Both the position numbers and the translations under genes were made by a program. Below are positions 8,605 to 16,830 of a stretch of 41,728 nt of DNA, piece by piece. The first letter of the stretch is position 1. Every line of letters starts with the position of its first letter. Source of the stretch: a virus (Duplodnaviria; Caudoviricetes); the IMG/VR virus record IMGVR_UViG_3300015050_001115, positions 1 to 41,728 of that record. One strand, 5' to 3'. The notes below the pieces were generated by a model that was not told where the DNA came from, ran no database searches, and saw only the letters and a program-made list of their open reading frames with translations.

Positions 8605-11036
8605 CCGTTGTCGTAGAGAACCCATTCAGCATCTTCCTGGACCTAAAGGGTGCGGGGATTAACGCCGGAACGCTTTATATCGGCGTCGAAAACCAGGATC
8701 CGCAGACCAATCCGCAAGCGGTCTATTGGAATGAAGAACTGACCGTCCCAGCGTCTCAGCCGCTAGATGTGCTGGGCGGTTATATCATGCGGCTGGGCAC
8801 GCCCGCGCGGGCGTATGTCGCCAACAACTACTCCATGCGGCTGCGTAATCGCCAAGGGGATCAAGTCTTTTACGTGCCAACGGTCGGGGTGCTGGGAACG
8901 GTCTTGCTGTCGATTGTCAGCTTGGCAGATGCCGAAGCCACCACCGTCGCACCTGACGTCCAAGCCATTCAGCTTCTTGGCTACTATGCAGCCGGTGACG
9001 GCGGCGGCGCACTCTATGTCCGCTCAAACTCACCGCCGGCGCAGGGCGGCTTTGTTTCAGCCGATGGCGCAAATTGGGCCATAGCCGAAGAAGAGCCGAT
9101 CGTTCAGATGTTCGGCGCGGTCGGCGACGGCGCGTCGGACGACACGGTCGCGATCCAGGACACAATTGATTATGTGTTTGCCCGAGGCGGCGGCAAGGTC
9201 ACATTTCCGGCCGGCCGCTATCGGATCGCCACGGCTCAGGGCAGCGTCACACTGCCCTACGACAACGGATCCCTGACGGCAGCCGCAGCGCCCTATGGCC
9301 CGGCACTGGCCTCTGAAGTGCCTGACGTGATGCCTTATGCTTTGAATCTCCGTCAGGGCGTTCGCCTGGTCGGAGACAATCGTCTGGGGTCGACGCTGGT
9401 CGGGGCTTGGGTGTTCGGCGTGAGCCCGATCAGCCTTGCTCAGGTCATCGGCATAGTGTCCGGCGCCGCCCAAGATGAGAACACGGTTGACGTGTCCCTA
9501 GAATTCTTGAGGTTTGAGAATTTCCTTATCCCCTGGCTCGTAAAAGGGGTCCTTGTCCAGAGCTTCCTCTCCCACGTGAACTTCCAAAATTGCGGGTTCG
9601 CGACGATGATCCAGACGGCAGAACGAGTAACTTACGATTCAGTTCGGATCGTCGACTGCGGCGCTGGGCCCGTTCACGGCGGTTGGTGGAATTGGCGCGA
9701 AAACACCTATACGGCTGCCAACATTCCCAACGCCTTCGGCCACGGCTGGACCGACAAGACCCGTACAAAAGACATCGACTTTAGCAACTCAAGGACCCGA
9801 TCGGCCGTCGATGACAATCTCGACGCCTTCCTTGATCAGTATTTCTTCAAGACTGCTAACAGCACCACTGGGACCGGCTACACTTCTGCCCCCGCTGTGG
9901 GCTTTTCCGGCGGCGGCGGTGCTGGGGCCGCTGCTACCACCGTGGTCGACTTGGGGACCGGCCGCGTTGTCGGGGTCACGATTACCAGCCCAGGAGCCGG
10001 CTATACCACGGCGCCGCTCGTTGCCTTCACGGGCGGCGGCGGATCTGGCGCGGTCGGTGTTGCGATCATCAGCGGCGGGGCTGTTGTAGGGGTCGCGCTG
10101 AGCCGCGCGACCTGCCCAATCCCCGGCGATGCTCAAAGCGGGTTCATCAATCGCGCAATGTATCGAGGCGTAACTGGCGTCGCCGTCACCTTCCACGCGC
10201 GCTATGGGCGCCCGAACTTTACAAACTCCCATCGCGATTGGTTCGTCTTCGGCGCATACCGTATGGCCTATAACGGTGGTTCTCCGTACTATAATCTCTG
10301 CGAAGAATTTTACGTCGAGCGCGTCGGGTTCTTCGATCCCATGAACTTTGGTCCCACCAAGATAATGGGGGTCGACTATGTTGATCCTTACCTCAAGACC
10401 CGGCCGCCCGCGGCGATCTTCGGAGTGGCGGGGAACTTCAATAAAAACGTTTGTACCTATTTCGATCCGTGCGCCTTTTTGACCCCGATTAACACCGGCG
10501 GCCAAAGCTGGGAGCAGCTGCAATACAACGCGGCCTATGTTACCTCGGCCCAGGTTTCGAACTCGTTCATGCGTGCAGACTACAGACTGTCGAATGTTGA
10601 TAATGCAGATCCATCGACGTTTGACCACTACCTGGAAAGCGCCAACCTTCTCGATGCGAGCACTAACCTGACTGTAGAAGGAACATCGAGCCCCGGCGCT
10701 TGCACCTATACCCTGCGCCGTCTCCAATCGACCCGGTTTGGCAACCTCGTCCACTTCAACGCCCGCATCGCGTATACGGGCCACACGGGCGTCGGAGGGA
10801 TCAAGATTCGGGGCTTGCCGTTCTCCCTCAGTCCAGGCGGCGGGGGGAGCCAACAGCTTCAATTCTATGGCGGTTCGGGGGTTGTCAGTACTGGGGTTAT
10901 CATAGCTATCGCGGATAATGCGGACGACGCGGTCGTTGTCCGTCAATATGACCCTGCTGGCGCCGTATCAAACGTTGCGCTCCCCGCGGATGCCGAGCTG
11001 TATCTGAGCGGAACCTACATCACGGATGCGCCCTAG
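8601..11036 (+). CDS. Tailspike: P22-type head-binding domain, pectate-lyase-like beta-helix and C-terminal domain
   Basis: N-terminal NPFSIF..G.LYIG..NQDPQTNP..VYW (P22 gp9 head-binding-like); FGAVGDGASDDTVAIQ..GGGKVTFPAGRY beta-helix cap; more AT-rich codons. Confidence 0.88.
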   Translation: MTVVVENPFSIFLDLKGAGINAGTLYIGVENQDPQTNPQAVYWNEELTVPASQPLDVLGGYIMRLGTPARAYVANNYSMRLRNRQGDQVFYVPTVGVLGTVLLSIVSLADAEATTVAPDVQAIQLLGYYAAGDGGGALYVRSNSPPAQGGFVSADGANWAIAEEEPIVQMFGAVGDGASDDTVAIQDTIDYVFARGGGKVTFPAGRYRIATAQGSVTLPYDNGSLTAAAAPYGPALASEVPDVMPYALNLRQGVRLVGDNRLGSTLVGAWVFGVSPISLAQVIGIVSGAAQDENTVDVSLEFLRFENFLIPWLVKGVLVQSFLSHVNFQNCGFATMIQTAERVTYDSVRIVDCGAGPVHGGWWNWRENTYTAANIPNAFGHGWTDKTRTKDIDFSNSRTRSAVDDNLDAFLDQYFFKTANSTTGTGYTSAPAVGFSGGGGAGAAATTVVDLGTGRVVGVTITSPGAGYTTAPLVAFTGGGGSGAVGVAIISGGAVVGVALSRATCPIPGDAQSGFINRAMYRGVTGVAVTFHARYGRPNFTNSHRDWFVFGAYRMAYNGGSPYYNLCEEFYVERVGFFDPMNFGPTKIMGVDYVDPYLKTRPPAAIFGVAGNFNKNVCTYFDPCAFLTPINTGGQSWEQLQYNAAYVTSAQVSNSFMRADYRLSNVDNADPSTFDHYLESANLLDASTNLTVEGTSSPGACTYTLRRLQSTRFGNLVHFNARIAYTGHTGVGGIKIRGLPFSLSPGGGGSQQLQFYGGSGVVSTGVIIAIADNADDAVVVRQYDPAGAVSNVALPADAELYLSGTYITDAP

Positions 11037-11063
11037 ACGGCTCGCCGGGGTAGCGTCTATAGT
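11034..11063 (+). promoter_or_regulatory. Possible sigma70-type promoter ahead of a short non-coding transcript
   Basis: TAGACG-N18-TATAGT overlapping the tailspike stop codon. Confidence 0.4.
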
Positions 11064-11108
11064 CACCTGGCCAGGCGACATAAATCCCCGCCGGCGAGAT
11101 CCTGCGGG

Positions 11109-11144
11109 ACGGCCCAGAGCTTCGGTTCTGGGCCGTTTCGCGTT
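11109..11144. terminator. Intrinsic terminator between convergent late and early operons
   Basis: ACGGCCCAGAGC-TTCG-GTTCTGGGCCGT hairpin with a cUUCGg loop, followed by TTCGCGTT. Confidence 0.8.
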
Positions 11145-11585
11145 CTAGGGCCTGGCGCGAGACTTGAGCGGGCGGCTCGGGATCTTCTGCGGCGTGTCGC
11201 GCTTCTCGAAGCCCCGGCCCTTCAGCGGCCGGCCGTTCTTGACCTTGGCCTTCGCTTTCGGCTTGGGCTCCGGTAGCCGCGCCAGCACGTCAGGTGCGAT
11301 CACGAGGTGTCCGCTCTCGATCAGCCATCGCATCGTTGCGCGGTGCGCGGCTTCCCACATGGCCGTTCGGATCTCGATGGGCGCGGACCCTTGGTCGACG
11401 TGCATGTGACAGTCGTGGCAGATGAAGGCGATAGCGGCGTCGCTAGCCTTCAGGCTCATGCCCTTGCCGTCCCGGCCTTGGTTGCTGTGAGCGCTGACCA
11501 CCTGGCCGACGTTGGGCGCACGACAGCCCATGCAGCACGGCGCGAGCTGCGCCAGAGACAGCAGCGCGGGGAAGCGGAAGGTCAT
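11145..11585 (-). CDS. DUF1364/YbcO-like zinc-binding putative nuclease
   Basis: CxxC...VVSAHSNQ..GKGMSLKASD...CHDCH..VDQG pattern. Confidence 0.75.
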   Translation of the reverse strand: MTFRFPALLSLAQLAPCCMGCRAPNVGQVVSAHSNQGRDGKGMSLKASDAAIAFICHDCHMHVDQGSAPIEIRTAMWEAAHRATMRWLIESGHLVIAPDVLARLPEPKPKAKAKVKNGRPLKGRGFEKRDTPQKIPSRPLKSRARP

Positions 11586-11613
11586 CGCGCCACCACTTCA
11601 CGGGGGTTTGTGC

Positions 11614-11826
11614 TCATGGCTGATTTCCAGCAAGAAGGGCGCGGCCTGCGGGGGTCTGCCGATAGGTGTTGTTGGCGGGGCCATACTCTGCGAGACCAGC
11701 GGTCACCAAGCCGCCTAAGTGGCCCAGCAGCATCGTCACGCCCGTCCGATCCCGCACCTCGTATGGGGCTGACCAGTCTGGGATAGCCGCGAGGATTGTC
11801 GCTTCCGCTTCGGTCAGCTTGGTCAT
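11614..11826 (-). CDS. Small winged-helix-like hypothetical protein
   Basis: 70 aa; KLTEAEATIL...LVTAGLAE...YRQTPAGRALL; GGAGAG RBS. Confidence 0.65.
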   Translation of the reverse strand: MTKLTEAEATILAAIPDWSAPYEVRDRTGVTMLLGHLGGLVTAGLAEYGPANNTYRQTPAGRALLAGNQP

Positions 11827-12065
11827 GACTTCTCTCCGGGGTGGGGAAGGGCGGCTCTTGCCGCATCAATGCGCTTGATCAGCTTGGCCAGCCGAGGCAC
11901 GAGCTTCCGCGTCTTGCGGCGGATGCGCTGGTGGAGGCTTTTGAACCTGATCAAGCGGACGCGGATCGTCGCTTCGTCGGTAGGAACCCACCGCGAAATC
12001 TCTTCCTCGCGGGCGCGGACGCGCTCTCCCGCACTAGAAGTCGTGTCTATCCGGGCGCCGCTCAA
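11823..12065 (-). CDS. Basic hypothetical protein
   Basis: TTG start overlaps the tnpB stop and its stop overlaps the next ATG; start uncertain. Confidence 0.45.
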   Translation of the reverse strand: MSGARIDTTSSAGERVRAREEEISRWVPTDEATIRVRLIRFKSLHQRIRRKTRKLVPRLAKLIKRIDAARAALPHPGEKS

Positions 12066-13138
12066 GCTGCGGCCCTCCGGCTTCCCTCAACAGGAGCCGC
12101 GACACTGCGGCCGATCCTGAGAATGTTCCGGGCCGCGTTCACGTCGCGGTCGTGGCTTTCGCCACAGGCGGAGCATTCCCAGGTCCTTATTCCAAGCCCT
12201 GCGATACCTCTCGGCCGCTCCGGCGGCAGCGAGCCGCACGAAGAACAGGTTTGGGTCGTGAATCTCTCGTCAACCAGCACATAGAACGCCGCCTTATAAG
12301 CGAGCATCGCGCGCAAGGTTGACCACCCGGCGTCGAGGACGGATTTCGCCATCCTCGTCTTGGCCAGGCCCTTGGGTTTCACGTTCCCGACCGCGATGAA
12401 CGCGTGTTCGCGGGCGAGACGTGTAGAAAGCTTGTGGTGGAAGTCGCGGCGGACGTTGCCGATCTTGGCATGGATCGCGCGGACGCGGCGCTTGTTGCCA
12501 GCGCGCTGGGCGACGGCCAAGCGCTCGGCGTACTGCCGAAGATGGCGCGGGTTCTCGACCACATCACCGTTACTAAGCGTGGCGAGCGCCTTCAGGCCGA
12601 GGTCAATGCCGATATCGCTGGATGCGGCTTGGCCGGATTGTTCGACCTCGACATTGAAGACCACCCACCAACGGCCGCGCGCGTCTTCCACGAACGCGCC
12701 AGCCTTGGTGATTTCGGGCAAGGGGCGGCGCTTCGTGCCGAAGAAGCGGAAGGTCTGGCCGCGATAGGTGATGCTGTTGCCGTCGATGCGTCGCGACGTC
12801 CGCTTGAACGGAATCCAGCCAAGGGATCGCTTTTGGCCGTAGCTGGCGCGAAACCTCGGACAGCGCTTGTATTGGTCACGAGACCGGACGAACTGGTCGC
12901 ACACCCCGGCAGCGGTGTCTTGAAGGATGCCCAGCATGGCTCCGACCCCATTACACTCCTTGCCGAGGTCATAGTTGGTCGGCCACTTGCGACGCCGCGC
13001 GCCGCCCTTGAACCGGGCTTCGGCGTCGCGGTGCTGCGCCACGCACCAATTCCAGACCGCGTTGCACGCCTTGGCCTGAGCGGCCAGGTGCTTGGCGGCG
13101 CGTCGGTCCTTGATCCGGTATTTGTAGGTCTTGTTCAT
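12062..13138 (-). CDS. tnpB: TnpB RNA-guided endonuclease (IS200/IS605 family, stand-alone, rearranged RuvC-II)
   Basis: N-terminal TYKYRIKD..L...A..CNAVWN; RuvC-I GIDLGLK; RuvC-II position IAVGNV; VDERFTTQTCSSCG..WECSACG zinc finger; RuvC-III DRDVNAARNI. Confidence 0.95.
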   Translation of the reverse strand: MNKTYKYRIKDRRAAKHLAAQAKACNAVWNWCVAQHRDAEARFKGGARRRKWPTNYDLGKECNGVGAMLGILQDTAAGVCDQFVRSRDQYKRCPRFRASYGQKRSLGWIPFKRTSRRIDGNSITYRGQTFRFFGTKRRPLPEITKAGAFVEDARGRWWVVFNVEVEQSGQAASSDIGIDLGLKALATLSNGDVVENPRHLRQYAERLAVAQRAGNKRRVRAIHAKIGNVRRDFHHKLSTRLAREHAFIAVGNVKPKGLAKTRMAKSVLDAGWSTLRAMLAYKAAFYVLVDERFTTQTCSSCGSLPPERPRGIAGLGIRTWECSACGESHDRDVNAARNILRIGRSVAAPVEGSRRAAA

Positions 13139-13968
13139 GACCCCACCCCCTCGCTCGCCCCTTGAGCCGACCGACCTTTGGAAAGCTCATAGGCCTGTCG
13201 CGCGGGGTTGCTCGACAGGTGCGCGGCTTTGAACATTCCGCGCGTGAGGTAAAGCGGCTTATGGAGGCCAGTGACCTCGACCATTACGGTGTCGTCGGGC
13301 AGGTCTCGGGCGAACAGCCATTCGCCAATGCTCGCAAACGGACCGAGGGCGGCCAGCATCGCATCGTCGGGCAACGGCGGATAGGCTTCCGCAGGTGGCG
13401 CGGACGCGGGCCGATTGGCTGGGTCGGCTGCATAGGCCTTCATGCGCTCGGCCGTCGCTAGGCCCATCTGGCAGTGTTCGGGGTCGCCGCCAGCGGCTAG
13501 GCGGCGCTCGCCCCAAGCCCGCGTCAGGTTGTGCGCGTCCGGGTCCCGGCCCAACAGAATGAACCACGGCTCGCCCGGCCGACGCTTGGCCAGACAGTCG
13601 TGGTTGCCTGCATCTTCCCCCTCAGAGACGACAGCCTCTTGGGAGGGTGGACCAAGGAACAGCGGGACGACGCGGGGCTTTGGGTCCGCGCATTGGCTTC
13701 GATAATTCTCGACCATTGCGAGCGTCTTGAAGGTCGTGGACGCATTGACGCCCAACGCTTCGGAAAACACCAAGGTCCACGCCACCGGAGCCTCTTCCCC
13801 CGCCTTCTCGGGTTGAGGGGCGGCGGCGATCATGGCGCGGTAGACGTTCAGGGCCTCAAGGTGCGTCCCGTCCGCGAACGACGCTTGTCCGGCGCGAAGC
13901 ATCGCCTCGTCTGGCTTGGCGGGAACCAGCACCCAAGCGGTATCGGTGGAGGCGTGATGGGTGGTCAT
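13135..13968 (-). CDS. Mosaic early protein (Ea22/Eaa-like)
   Basis: WVLVPAKPDEAML..YRAMIAAAP and EAPVAW motifs typical of lambdoid Ea-type proteins; HDCLAK..PGEPWFILLGRDP module; start at MTTHH. Confidence 0.65.
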   Translation of the reverse strand: MTTHHASTDTAWVLVPAKPDEAMLRAGQASFADGTHLEALNVYRAMIAAAPQPEKAGEEAPVAWTLVFSEALGVNASTTFKTLAMVENYRSQCADPKPRVVPLFLGPPSQEAVVSEGEDAGNHDCLAKRRPGEPWFILLGRDPDAHNLTRAWGERRLAAGGDPEHCQMGLATAERMKAYAADPANRPASAPPAEAYPPLPDDAMLAALGPFASIGEWLFARDLPDDTVMVEVTGLHKPLYLTRGMFKAAHLSSNPARQAYELSKGRSAQGASEGVGS

Positions 13969-14333
13969 TGGATCTTCCCCGCCTTGATGTTGGCAACGAG
14001 GGCCTCGGCCGTAACCAGCGCAGCCTGCGGACCAACCACGTTGTGAAGCATCTTGAGCGCCCGGCCCGCGACGCGACCCAGGTTGACCCCCGCCGCCACG
14101 CCGCCGGGACCGCTGACTATGAGGGCGGTGATTGCTTCGTCGATCTGATCGACGGTTAGGTCTCGCGTCTCCCCGGCGGTGTTGGTGGGGCCTTCTGCGC
14201 GGCAAAGGTCCATGATTTGGTTCAGCACACCCAGCGGGTTCGCGAAGTGGCGGAAGGCGGGCAACACGTCGGTAATCCCGACCTTCGCCTTAAGGAAGAT
14301 CGCCCGGTTCGCCTCTGACAGTTGCTCACCCAT
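13965..14333 (-). CDS. Hypothetical protein
   Basis: AGGAAGGGAG RBS before MGEQLSE; stop overlaps the next start. Confidence 0.6.
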   Translation of the reverse strand: MGEQLSEANRAIFLKAKVGITDVLPAFRHFANPLGVLNQIMDLCRAEGPTNTAGETRDLTVDQIDEAITALIVSGPGGVAAGVNLGRVAGRALKMLHNVVGPQAALVTAEALVANIKAGKIQ

Positions 14334-15192
14334 GGTCGGGGCTCCCTTCCTGGTGGGGTGTGGCGCCGATAGGGATCGGCCGGGCGTCGTGGAACCGGCC
14401 GTCGAGGTCCCGCGTGCCGCCGCCCTTGTTCTGCTTGTGCTGATAGGGCACGCCAGCCGCCGCGCACTGGTCACGGACAGCCTGAAACGCACCATCGGGA
14501 GTGTCGCGGGCCTTGTGTGCGCCCTGGTCTGTCTCGCCGCCCGTAATGGCCCAGAAGCGCGGGCCCAAGGCCAGCAGGTCTGCGGGGACCACGACGCGCT
14601 CGAGCAGGGGCTCGCCCGACCAGAACAGGAACGCTGGGTTCAGCGCGTGATAGGCCGCGAGCGCGTGCCGACCATCGCGGTCCATTTCCGCTTGCGTCAC
14701 CGCGGTGAAGCCGATGGCGGCGTTCGCCGGCCAGCAGTACGAAAGAGACCCGTGCTCGTCGCTGGTCATCCGTAGCACCTCGGCAAACGCCTTGACGATC
14801 ATCCCCGGCCGCTTGGTCAGCATCAGGAAGGTCAGGCTCTCGCACTCGCGGATCAGGTCGAAGAGATCGCACCGCCATTGCGGATCAACCTGATTGTCAA
14901 ACACGTCCGCGAGTGACGCGCAGAAGACGAAGCGCGCGGGCGCAGCTGGATTGATCGCCAAGGCGACTCGTTGCTCGCGGTTCCACTTGCGGACCTTCGA
15001 CCAGTTGCCCGGCGCGGTGCGGACGCGGGTTCCCTTCTCGCCGGGCTGGCCCCAGACGACACGGGCAAAGCGCCCCTTCTCGCCCATGAGCGCTTCGGCA
15101 TAGCAGCCGTCGCAGGCGGGGCTGACCTTCGTGCAACCGATCCACGGATTGAACGTGTCGTTGGCCCAGGTGATGTTCGTGTTCTCCGCCAT
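14326..15192 (-). CDS. DUF5131 / phage Gp37-Gp68 family protein (radical-SAM-like)
   Basis: MAENTNITW..TFNPWIGCTKVSPACDGCYAE; VFCASLADVFD; LTKRP; SGEPLL; ITGGE. Confidence 0.92.
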   Translation of the reverse strand: MAENTNITWANDTFNPWIGCTKVSPACDGCYAEALMGEKGRFARVVWGQPGEKGTRVRTAPGNWSKVRKWNREQRVALAINPAAPARFVFCASLADVFDNQVDPQWRCDLFDLIRECESLTFLMLTKRPGMIVKAFAEVLRMTSDEHGSLSYCWPANAAIGFTAVTQAEMDRDGRHALAAYHALNPAFLFWSGEPLLERVVVPADLLALGPRFWAITGGETDQGAHKARDTPDGAFQAVRDQCAAAGVPYQHKQNKGGGTRDLDGRFHDARPIPIGATPHQEGSPDHG

Positions 15193-16040
15193 CAGGCGTA
15201 TCCCTTTTCTCTGAGCCACTCGACCATAGCCGGGTCTTGCGGCGAAATGCTGCGGCCAGAGCCGGCTGGCGTCCGGCGCTTCATGCCGTGGCGTAGGAAG
15301 CCGATGGTCTTGTCTCGCGCGGCTGGCGCCCAGCAGAGACCGCAGCTCGCGCAGGCTTCCGGCGCCAGCTTCTGGGCGGGGCACATGATCACGGCCGGGT
15401 CGTCGCTGTCGGCGTCCAGGACGATCGAGCTTTGCGGCGCAGTATCTGGCCGGCTGAACCGGATCGCGAACTGGTCCCATGCTTGGCCGGTCAGCCAGCG
15501 AATGCCCTTGGCGATGCGCCGGGACTCGGCGTCGTCGGCATCTTCGCGCCTGGCCGTGAAGCCGAACACATGCAGCGCCGGCAGCTGGTCCAGCATGTCG
15601 GCCCAGAACTGCAGATATGCGACGCTGTAGAAGTCGCCCAGGGTGTGCAGGCGGACCATGAAGCCACGCGGGTTCTCAGCGGCCAGGGCCGTCAATTCCG
15701 CCTTCAGGAGCGCGAGGAACGGCGCGTCATGCCGATGCCGGCGGGCCATGTGCATCGCGTTTCCGTAACACCCTGACCACTGCGCGCAGGATCGCGGACA
15801 CGTCGCGCGTTCCTCGAGCGTCAGGTGGAAGATCGGCCAGCCGCGGCGCTCGCCCTTCGTGACGGCCTTCCCGAGCTTGGGGTTGTTGTGGCCGGAGACC
15901 AAGAGGCGCGGGCTGGCGAAACTGCCCACCACGGTCGACGGGAAGATCGTTCGACCCTCCCGAAGCGCCGGATTGTCGGGAGACAGCTGCTGCAGCGCGG
16001 ATGGGTCCACGGCCTTGTTCTTGAACCGGGCGAGGCTCAC
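15192..16040 (-). CDS. GP88-like Cys-motif protein (radical-SAM-related)
   Basis: NPKLGK...LTLEERATCPRSC....GCY; VRLHTLGDFY; C-terminal CPAQ...CASCGLCW. Confidence 0.7.
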   Translation of the reverse strand: MSLARFKNKAVDPSALQQLSPDNPALREGRTIFPSTVVGSFASPRLLVSGHNNPKLGKAVTKGERRGWPIFHLTLEERATCPRSCAQWSGCYGNAMHMARRHRHDAPFLALLKAELTALAAENPRGFMVRLHTLGDFYSVAYLQFWADMLDQLPALHVFGFTARREDADDAESRRIAKGIRWLTGQAWDQFAIRFSRPDTAPQSSIVLDADSDDPAVIMCPAQKLAPEACASCGLCWAPAARDKTIGFLRHGMKRRTPAGSGRSISPQDPAMVEWLREKGYA

Positions 16041-16222
16041 GGAGCCAGAACCCGGAAATCGCCTTCGATCAGCGGAGCGACAAGCCGAAAGCAGATCGTC
16101 CCGTCTGGCCGGTTCTCGGCGGTGACGTCGGCCTTGGCCACGTCGATCACGTCTTGTCCGGTCACGCGGATCTCGCCACCGGCCTTGGCGATGGCGACAC
16201 GCAGGAGGGCGTCGGTATTCAC
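16037..16222 (-). CDS. Hypothetical protein
   Basis: GTG start overlapping the upstream stop; GAGG RBS. Confidence 0.55.
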   Translation of the reverse strand: MNTDALLRVAIAKAGGEIRVTGQDVIDVAKADVTAENRPDGTICFRLVAPLIEGDFRVLAP

Positions 16223-16515
16223 GACAGCACCTCGGGCAGGATCACGAAGGCCGCGAGCAGCAGGGCGGTCAGGATGCCGGTAGGGATGGCGCAGCGCACC
16301 AGCGTGGCAATCCGCCGCCTCTGGGCGATCTTGGCCGCCCTGGCGCGCTCCCAGGCGCTGTTGAGCCGGTTTTGGTGGTGGTCGGGCATCTTGGCTCCCC
16401 ACTGGTCATGGCCTTCGACGGCCATAGGATAAGCCGGTTCACCGGGTCCGCGCCGAGGCGTGTTCAGCGCCGCCCAGAATTCGGGATCCGGGCGCGGCTT
16501 GGTCATGTCGATCAT
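16219..16515 (-). CDS. Hypothetical membrane protein
   Basis: GGAGG RBS; C-terminal hydrophobic helix. Confidence 0.65.
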   Translation of the reverse strand: MIDMTKPRPDPEFWAALNTPRRGPGEPAYPMAVEGHDQWGAKMPDHHQNRLNSAWERARAAKIAQRRRIATLVRCAIPTGILTALLLAAFVILPEVLS

Positions 16516-16548
16516 GGTGGTCCTCCGGGCGTCATTGCCCTGGTGTGG

Positions 16549-16830
16549 TCAGACTATGCGGTCGCCATCACCGGGCGTCAAGTCCTGTTCGGATCGCCGG
16601 CTGAAGTTGTCGCAGGGCTCGCTCCACGGGAATTCCCATGTGCAGCGCCGGCGGCAGTAGGCGAGCTGAGAGCGCATAGGCGCGTCGATGTCCCAACTGG
16701 CGCACAAGCCGCAGGCTTCCTTGCCCGCTGCATCCCACCGCGCCAAAATAGCGAGCTCGTCCTCTGTCAGGGGATGCGGCGCAGGCGTCGGCGCGGTGAG
16801 GAAGGGCTCAGGCTTCTTGGGCTTGGCCAC
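16549..16830 (-). CDS. Cys-rich hypothetical protein
   Basis: GTG start after GGAGG; CGLCASW..CRRRC..PCDNF. Confidence 0.55.
   Translation of the reverse strand: MAKPKKPEPFLTAPTPAPHPLTEDELAILARWDAAGKEACGLCASWDIDAPMRSQLAYCRRRCTWEFPWSEPCDNFSRRSEQDLTPGDGDRIV

Noticed and set aside
11080-11088. ATAAATCCC in the candidate sRNA is complementary to GGGATTTAT just upstream of the dnaB start
   Set aside because: Only 9 nt and does not extend; plausible by chance in a 42-kb genome.
12062-13138. TnpB as a nuclease-dead TldR-type repressor because RuvC-II Glu is Gly
   Set aside because: Both catalytic Asp residues are intact and an alternative Glu precedes the zinc finger, which fits the rearranged active-site class. 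Inactivity cannot be inferred.
12025-13200. Complete IS200/IS605 or IS607 element
   Set aside because: No transposase gene, and no left-end hairpin or boundary could be identified, so it is not called as a mobile element.
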